Below are positions 17,179 to 23,063 of a DNA stretch of 23,063 bases, one piece after another; within the stretch, counting starts at the first letter, position 1; the number at the start of each line of letters is the position of its first letter. This DNA comes from an uncultured Alphaproteobacteria bacterium (lineage in GTDB: Bacteria > Pseudomonadota > Alphaproteobacteria > Rs-D84), in NCBI GenBank assembly GCA_944392815.1, contig CALXXY010000004.1:1-23063 (forward strand), in the 5' to 3' direction. The position numbers and the translations under genes are program-made. Under the pieces are notes generated by a model. It had not been told where the DNA came from. It ran no database searches and saw nothing but the letters and a program-made list of their open reading frames with translations.

Positions 17179-17898
17179 TCAGGGTTTAACAGGAATGCTG
17201 GGGGCAGATGGTAATAATGTATCACTCCAATGGCATTCATTTCCCTGGGTGTATTCAAATACGCCGGTTTTGTCAAAACCACCCGTACCTTGGATATAAC
17301 ACCCTTTTATCGAGTGCGCGTATGGGTCTGAATATACCAACATGTATGGGCCGGCGCCATTTTGTGAACCCATGCAACTTTCGCCCATGCCCTGGCTTCC
17401 GGTGCAGGGGCAGCATGTACAAAAATATGAGCACGATACATTTCCACTGTATGTAATACAGGAACTGGTTTGGTATCCAGCGTATCCGGGGATGTCGTCG
17501 CTGTTGCAGAGTGCGGCACCGGTAGATACGGTGCTGCGTTTGGCGCAGGTATCACATGTTTGGTATGTTATGGCGCACTCATTGCGTCGGCCACAGCCGC
17601 CATATGCGACATATTGCCAGGTGGCGGTGGCGGTGTTTCTGTTTGTGACCATGCATGTGCAACTGCGGTTGGTTGAATTATAAACGGCGCGCCAACTTTG
17701 ACCCATACCGTTCCACATTCTGCTGCATACGCTGCTGCACCCTGACAGGTTGTTGGCCTGGCCACGGCGATCCGTGACGTACGAGTTATATGTATATGTG
17801 CATGTGGCGGCATATGCAGATATTCCGTTTATTGCATACACCAAATTCGACACGATTGCCGCCGCAATCATGTATATGAAATTATTTAATTTTTGCAT
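17179..17898 (-). CDS. Secreted Cys-rich variable protein, paralog 3 (239 aa, short Pro-rich tail)
   Basis: First 30 aa identical to paralog 1, same 19-Cys skeleton, conserved C-terminal block. Confidence 0.87.
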   Translation of the reverse strand: MQKLNNFIYMIAAAIVSNLVYAINGISAYAATCTYTYNSYVTDRRGQANNLSGCSSVCSRMWNGMGQSWRAVYNSTNRSCTCMVTNRNTATATWQYVAYGGCGRRNECAITYQTCDTCAKRSTVSTGAALCNSDDIPGYAGYQTSSCITYSGNVSCSYFCTCCPCTGSQGMGESCMGSQNGAGPYMLVYSDPYAHSIKGCYIQGTGGFDKTGVFEYTQGNECHWSDTLLPSAPSIPVKP

Positions 17899-17913
17899 TT
17901 TATCCCCCAAATT

Positions 17914-18031
17914 GTGCCGAATGCAAATGGTGGATAAAAAACGGCAGAAATGCCGTTGACAAAGTGCCGGATTCTGGTGTAAACTACGCACAAACAAATG
18001 CCGAAAATAAACCACCGTTTGCATTCGGCAC
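17914..18031 (+). promoter_or_regulatory. Candidate invertible promoter/terminator element, copy 2
   Basis: IR gtgccgaatgcaaatggtgg (17914-17933) and ccaccgtttgcattcggcac (18012-18031), 19/20 match. TTGACA 17956-17961, N18, TAAACT 17980-17985. Minus-strand terminator at 17935-17957. Confidence 0.75.
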
Positions 18032-18042
18032 GCGGGGAAATT

Positions 18043-18071
18043 AAAAAATCCCAAAAATCTGGGATTTTTTT
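18043..18071. terminator. Bidirectional terminator (polA on minus, element transcript on plus)
   Basis: aaaaaatccca-aaaatc-tgggattttttt overlapping the polA stop. Confidence 0.85.
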
Positions 18072-20841
18072 ATTTGCCCCAACATTTGCCGATTACATAG
18101 TCCGCGGCCAGGGGAACTGATAATTTTGCGACAGATTCCATGGCGTATTCTATTTTTTTGGCAAATTCATCGGCCACGTTTTCATCGCATTCAAATATGA
18201 TTTCGTCGTGAACCTGCATAATCATGCTGATTTTATTCGCGTTTGGTTCAATAATGTCGCGATTTATATTCACCATTGCGCGCCGCATTAAATCTGCCTC
18301 GAATCCCTGGATTGGGGCGTTGACAGCGGCACGCAGTGCATATGCACGGGTGCGGGGATTTTTAACCTCGGGCAATTCGATTCTGCGACCCCAGGGCGTG
18401 TACACGCATGCGTGTGTGGTGGCGAAATTTTTGATGTATTCGATGTAATCGCGAATTTCGGGCAATCCCGCCATGTACGAATTTATTATTTCCTGGGCCG
18501 CGGGGCGTGAAATTCCCAATTGCCCGGCCAGTCCAAACGATGAAATTCCGTATATGATTGAAAAGTTCACTGTTTTGGCCGCACGGCGCAGGTCGCGCGG
18601 CATAGGCGCGTCCGCCGCGATTCCGAATATCTGGCGGGCGGTTTGTTCGTGAATGTCGTGACCTGCGTTAAAAGTTTCTTTGAACGTGTGGACGTTCGCG
18701 ACGTCCGCCAGCAATCGCAATTGAATTTGTGAATAGTCGGCCGAAATTAATACGCGGCCGGTTGGTGCGATGAAACATTTTCTGATTTCTTCGCCCAGTT
18801 CGGTTTTTATCGGAATGTTTTGCAGGTTTGGGTCGCGGCTGGACAGGCGGCCTGTGTTCGTGCTGGTTTGCAAATAGGTTGTGTGAATGCGGCCGTCGTC
18901 GGCGATTTGCCGCGGCAATGCGTCGGCGTATGTCCCCGCCAGTTTTGCAATTGAACGCCAATTTAGTATTTTTTCAATTACTGGGTGGGCGTCGATTAAA
19001 TCGTTCAGGGTGTCTGCGTCTGTGGAACGTTTTTTGTTCGCGGGCAAATTTAATTCGTCGAATAAAACAGTGCCCAATTGTTTGGGACTGGCGATATTAA
19101 ATTCATGACCGGCCAGGTTCCAAATTTCTGATTCCAGTTTGGTTAATTGTTCGTGGAATACCGTGGATAATTGTGTCAATCCGTTTTTGTTGACCAGCAC
19201 GCCCGTGCGTTCCATTTGCATCAGTATTGGCATTAACGGCAAATCGCAAGTGTCATATAATTCGCGCAATTTTTCGTTTTTGTCCAATTGCGGGCGCATC
19301 AATTTATATAACTGCAGACATATGGTGGCATCTTCGGCCGCATATGGGGTGGCGGCCGCAATGTCCAATGTTTCAAAGTGCATATCTGCGTCGCGTGTTT
19401 TTGGTGGAAACAGTGACGCAAACGATATATTCACATGTGCCAAATATTTTTGTGCCAATTCGTCCAACCCGTGCCCGTGCAAAGTGCCGTGCAGCGCATA
19501 TGAAATCAGCATTGTGTCATCAATTGGTGCGATGTCGCACGTCGGCCAGCCCTCGTTTTCAAAAATGTGCAGGTCGTATTTCAGGTTATGGCCGACCTTG
19601 GTAATATTTTTATTTGTGAAAATCGGCCACAGTTTTTCGCGAACTGTGTTTATGTCCAACTGATTCGGGGCGATTTTGTTTTCTGAAAACAAATCGTCGG
19701 ACGCAGTTATGTGGCGAATGGGAATATATACGCCGTGCGAATCGGTTGTCGCCAGCGAAATGCCGACAACGCGCGCGTCCAATGAATTCAGCCCCGTTGT
19801 TTCTGTGTCCAATGCAATCACGTCTGTGACAGATGATAAAAATTTATCCAGTGCGTCCACTGTTGTGATTGTGTCCGACGTTAATTTTTTGTCGTGCGAC
19901 GGGGTGGCCGGGGCGGGTGTGTCCACATTGCACACGGAACCCGCGAATTCAAATGGCTGTGGTGCGGGGCCGGCGTTAAATTTTTCCATTGGAAATAATT
20001 TTTCAATTTTGGCGGCCAAAGAATTGCTTTCCAATTTTTCACGCACGAAATTCAATGCAGCCGGCGTGTTAAACACAAACGGTGTGATTTTCAGCCCCGA
20101 TAAATCAACGTCTGATTTTAATGTCACCAATTGACGCGAAATGTATGCAGCGTCACGATTGTCGCGCAGCAATCCGCGTATGCGTTCGTTTTTTACATCG
20201 TCCAAATGTTCGTATAATTCGTCCAGCGAACCGAATTGATTGATTAATTCAGCGGCCTTTTTCGGGCCAATACCCGGGACGCCCGGGACATTGTCGGACG
20301 AATCGCCCATTAAACTTTGCACGTCAATGACGCGATTGGGGCCGACGCCGAATTTTTCGATAACCTGGGGCGTGCGGATTTCGCGCTGTTTCATGCCGTC
20401 GTATAAAAACACGCAATCAGACACCAGTTGCATTAAATCTTTGTCACTGGTGATAATGCGCGTCGCGTCGGGGGCGGTGCAGTTTTCGCGTGCCAAAGTC
20501 GCGATGACATCGTCGGCCTCTATACCCGGGATGCACAACACAGGCATGCCCATTGCGGCCACGCCGTCGCGCACCATGTATGATTGCGTGATTAAATCAG
20601 GTGGTGTTTCGGTACGATTGGCCTTGTACGCGGGGTATATATCCTGGCGAAAAGAAATACGCGAAGCGTCAAACACGCAAACAAACGAATCGTTTGGTTT
20701 TGCGTCGGCCAACAGTGGCAACACCATATTAAAAAATCCGTATACTGCGCCGGTTGGTGTGCCGTCGCTGCGGGTCAGTCGACTGTGCACACCGTAATAT
20801 GCGCGGAATAATATGGAATTGCCATCAATCAGCGTCAGCAT
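18070..20841 (-). CDS. polA: DNA polymerase I (start 20841 ATG or 20856 TTG)
   Basis: LIDGNSILFRAYY 5' nuclease, ALDTETTGL exonuclease motif I, TGRLSSRDPNLQNIP, SADYSQIQLR, AKTVNFSIIYG, QVHDE. Confidence 0.98.
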   Translation of the reverse strand: MLTLIDGNSILFRAYYGVHSRLTRSDGTPTGAVYGFFNMVLPLLADAKPNDSFVCVFDASRISFRQDIYPAYKANRTETPPDLITQSYMVRDGVAAMGMPVLCIPGIEADDVIATLARENCTAPDATRIITSDKDLMQLVSDCVFLYDGMKQREIRTPQVIEKFGVGPNRVIDVQSLMGDSSDNVPGVPGIGPKKAAELINQFGSLDELYEHLDDVKNERIRGLLRDNRDAAYISRQLVTLKSDVDLSGLKITPFVFNTPAALNFVREKLESNSLAAKIEKLFPMEKFNAGPAPQPFEFAGSVCNVDTPAPATPSHDKKLTSDTITTVDALDKFLSSVTDVIALDTETTGLNSLDARVVGISLATTDSHGVYIPIRHITASDDLFSENKIAPNQLDINTVREKLWPIFTNKNITKVGHNLKYDLHIFENEGWPTCDIAPIDDTMLISYALHGTLHGHGLDELAQKYLAHVNISFASLFPPKTRDADMHFETLDIAAATPYAAEDATICLQLYKLMRPQLDKNEKLRELYDTCDLPLMPILMQMERTGVLVNKNGLTQLSTVFHEQLTKLESEIWNLAGHEFNIASPKQLGTVLFDELNLPANKKRSTDADTLNDLIDAHPVIEKILNWRSIAKLAGTYADALPRQIADDGRIHTTYLQTSTNTGRLSSRDPNLQNIPIKTELGEEIRKCFIAPTGRVLISADYSQIQLRLLADVANVHTFKETFNAGHDIHEQTARQIFGIAADAPMPRDLRRAAKTVNFSIIYGISSFGLAGQLGISRPAAQEIINSYMAGLPEIRDYIEYIKNFATTHACVYTPWGRRIELPEVKNPRTRAYALRAAVNAPIQGFEADLMRRAMVNINRDIIEPNANKISMIMQVHDEIIFECDENVADEFAKKIEYAMESVAKLSVPLAADYVIGKCWGK

Positions 20842-20859
20842 TTTTTTATCACCCAATTA

Positions 20860-21396
20860 TTAAAATACATAGCGTAATTTCAGGCGCGCTTCGTATTGCA
20901 GAAAATCTGGTTTTAATCCATGATAATCGTAAATGTCCGCTGCGTACAGGACGCGACCTTCGACATCGACATCAATTGGCAACACAGGTATATCAAATGT
21001 GACACCCAACATCGCCTGGTACGCGGCGACGGAATCGATATCCATAAAATCTTCGTCGGTGCCGCTGAAAACATTACCGATGCCGACGCCCAGATACGGT
21101 TTTACCGCGGGCAGGGGCATTTTTGCATATGCGTTTATCATGCCGACGTGCATTTCAATAGGGGCCGCGTGCATATAGTCATATTCCAATTCAAAACGAA
21201 ATACAGGTATATCAAATCCGATAACGGCGCCATATGATTGTGCAGATTTGCTGACATCCATATCGTTGGCGAATACGGTTGCGCCACCAACACCAACCAT
21301 GGCGCCCGCGTAAAAATCAAATAACGACGCAGCGTTTGCCGAACCAGAAACTGTTAATGCCGCGGCTGTTAAAATCCCCAGATAATTTAATTTCAT
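20860..21396 (-). CDS. Small outer-membrane beta-barrel protein (OmpA/Opa-like, probably 8-stranded)
   Basis: Signal peptide ending ANA, alternating amphipathic strands, PYLGVGIG, C-terminal LKLRYVF beta-signal. Confidence 0.82.
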   Translation of the reverse strand: MKLNYLGILTAAALTVSGSANAASLFDFYAGAMVGVGGATVFANDMDVSKSAQSYGAVIGFDIPVFRFELEYDYMHAAPIEMHVGMINAYAKMPLPAVKPYLGVGIGNVFSGTDEDFMDIDSVAAYQAMLGVTFDIPVLPIDVDVEGRVLYAADIYDYHGLKPDFLQYEARLKLRYVF

Positions 21397-21441
21397 ATTT
21401 TTCTCCTTTGTATGATATTATAATAGAAAAAAGAGATACAT

Positions 21442-21975
21442 ATGCAAGAAAATAAACCAATATTGATTGTTGGACTGGGCAATCCTGGTGCGCAGTACGA
21501 ACGCACACGTCACAATGTGGGATTTATGGCTGTGCGTCATTTGGCGCCGGTTGATGCCACATGGCGTGCGGAACATAATGCACTGATATCTGTGGATAAA
21601 ACCAACGGGCGGCGTGTGATATTTGCATTGCCACAAACATATATGAATAACAGCGGCGTGGCCGTTGGGGCAATTATGCGGTTTTATAAAATCCCGCTGG
21701 AAAATTTGATTGTGATTCACGACGATATGGATTTAAAAACAGGTACCGTTCGGGAAAAGGTTGGCGGCAGCAGTGCGGGCCACAATGGCATAAAATCCAT
21801 AGATGCCGCGGTTGGACCCGATTATCACCGGATAAGGATAGGCATTGGCCACCCGCGTGATTTTGATTTGCCGATGGATCCGGCCGATTGGGTGCTGGGG
21901 AAATTTACCAACGCGGAAATGTCGCGTATAAATGACGCAATTGATGGAATTGAAATTACCACCGATAATGCGTGA
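21442..21975 (+). CDS. pth: Peptidyl-tRNA hydrolase
   Basis: LIVGLGNPG..Y..TRHNVGF, PQTYMNNSG, HDDMDL, GHNGIKS, RIRIGIGHP. Confidence 0.98.
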   Translation: MQENKPILIVGLGNPGAQYERTRHNVGFMAVRHLAPVDATWRAEHNALISVDKTNGRRVIFALPQTYMNNSGVAVGAIMRFYKIPLENLIVIHDDMDLKTGTVREKVGGSSAGHNGIKSIDAAVGPDYHRIRIGIGHPRDFDLPMDPADWVLGKFTNAEMSRINDAIDGIEITTDNA

Positions 21976-21983
21976 TTTGTGAT

Positions 21984-23063
21984 TTAGTTGCCGGCCACCT
22001 TGGCGTGCGGAACATGTCCCGACCCAGGCAGGTAAAAACAATCACCGGTGTTGTCACAAAATTTGGTGCCACCGTCGCCCCGCACCATATAACAATTGGT
22101 GGTGGAACCGGCGCCAGGGTCACTGGTGGTGCCGGCGGGACAATTGTACGTTTTGCCATTTGTGCAATAATGTCCCGCAGGGCAGGCGTCATATTGTGCA
22201 ACAAAATAACGTGTTTTTTCAGCGTCGGTTTCTGGTGGTGCGATTTGGTCGCCGGGTGTGTAAAACGGTTTAGTGCATGAATTGGAAAATTCTTCGTTGG
22301 TATAGCATTTATATCTAGTGAAAAGTTTACCCATTGGGGGGGCATCCCATTGATATTCCTGAGTTTTACAAGTGCTACCGGAATAATCTTTATCCTCACC
22401 ACAGGTTTGTGTTATCTGACTACCGCCAGCATCATCGTAATAATAGTAGATGTGGTATGGTGAAAATGACCAGCCAGCCCAGAGTGTTATCTCGTTGTCC
22501 TTATTGGCTAGCTTAGCCAAATCTGCCTGCGGTTTAGTTAAGGCACCATTGCTACTGAAATATTGGTCGCGTTCCTCCCATACAAGATCGCCCTTGTTGT
22601 CAAAATACCCTACGAATGTTTGTACTGGTTTGTTATCTTGTAATGCGGATGCCGGAAGGGTTGTTTTGTTCCATGGTCCTGTGCTATTTGCTGAAAAACC
22701 GGTGTCGTATTTAAAGTATGCCGTTTTGTCGTCTGTTATTATCGAATTACGTTTAAGAGTTAACTTATACACTTTTCCATCACAGCGGTCGGATTTTTCG
22801 TAGCCATCGATGCTGGTGGTGGCGGCGGCGGGGCCATAGCCGGTTATCGTAAATTCGCCACCCTTGGCGGTATAGTAATCCCCACATGGCTGGCATGTTA
22901 AATTTTTGGTGCTTGCTACGTACTCGCCAGATTTGCAGTATGCCGTCCAGCCGCAGTTATCTGAGGTTAAGCCCGTTTGGTCGAGATTGGGTGTTGCTCC
23001 TTCGGGGATTGTGCATGCGGTGCATTCATCTGCGCCAAGCGTATCATTATAATAACCGGGTTG
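21984..23063 (-). CDS. Large Cys-rich repeat surface protein, 3' part (starts beyond the right edge)
   Basis: The frame is open from 23063 (QPGYYNDTLGADECTACTIPEG...CKSGEY...CQPC) into ORF 21984..22772. It has CPAGHYC/CPAGTTS (GCC2_GCC3-like) units and InlB-B-repeat-like FVGYF...ITLWAGW segments. Confidence 0.85.
   Translation of the reverse strand, partial: QPGYYNDTLGADECTACTIPEGATPNLDQTGLTSDNCGWTAYCKSGEYVASTKNLTCQPCGDYYTAKGGEFTITGYGPAAATTSIDGYEKSDRCDGKVYKLTLKRNSIITDDKTAYFKYDTGFSANSTGPWNKTTLPASALQDNKPVQTFVGYFDNKGDLVWEERDQYFSSNGALTKPQADLAKLANKDNEITLWAGWSFSPYHIYYYYDDAGGSQITQTCGEDKDYSGSTCKTQEYQWDAPPMGKLFTRYKCYTNEEFSNSCTKPFYTPGDQIAPPETDAEKTRYFVAQYDACPAGHYCTNGKTYNCPAGTTSDPGAGSTTNCYMVRGDGGTKFCDNTGDCFYLPGSGHVPHAKVAGN

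Noticed and set aside
7498-17898. Diversity-generating retroelement (TR/VR pair) between paralogs 1 and 3
   Set aside because: Both copies are full genes, the variation is central and includes indels while the C-terminus is conserved, and no reverse transcriptase is in the window. Adenine bias was not formally tested.
16816-18070. Integrative element at tRNA-Ala
   Set aside because: No integrase and no duplicated tRNA 3' end, and rpsU follows the tRNA directly.
460-22803. Numerous overlapping antisense or alternate-frame ORFs in the track (e.g. 756..1400, 4522..5139, 8159..8917, 15613..16167)
   Set aside because: They overlap well-supported genes and show no recognisable motifs.

Overview
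Core-chromosome segment of an alphaproteobacterium, judged from the ccrM-type GANTC methylase and alpha-type L28 and promoters. The abundance of secreted Cys-rich proteins suggests a host-associated lineage such as gut Rs-D84/Enterousia, which is inference only. Housekeeping genes are recO, a DsbA-family oxidoreductase, ccrM, nrdR, a lytic transglycosylase, rnhB, pgk, clpX, clpP, tRNA-Leu(CAA), rpmB, an N-domain-less clpB, an msbA-like ABC exporter, tRNA-Ala(TGC), rpsU, polA, a small OMP and pth. Cys-rich secreted-protein genes are interspersed among them. The main signal is a 118-bp element present twice (8173-8290 and 17914-18031). It is bounded by 20-bp inverted repeats and carries a sigma70-type promoter on one strand and an intrinsic terminator on the other. 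Each copy lies 15 bp upstream of a paralogous Cys-rich gene, with the promoter pointing away from it. This looks like a dispersed invertible-promoter (phase-variation) system controlling a variable surface or secreted protein family. A third repeat copy precedes a divergent third paralog, and no recombinase is present in the window. Also seen are a multi-stem attenuator-like leader RNA ahead of a second Cys-rich family, nested REP-like mosaics, and a DAPY catalytic motif in CcrM.
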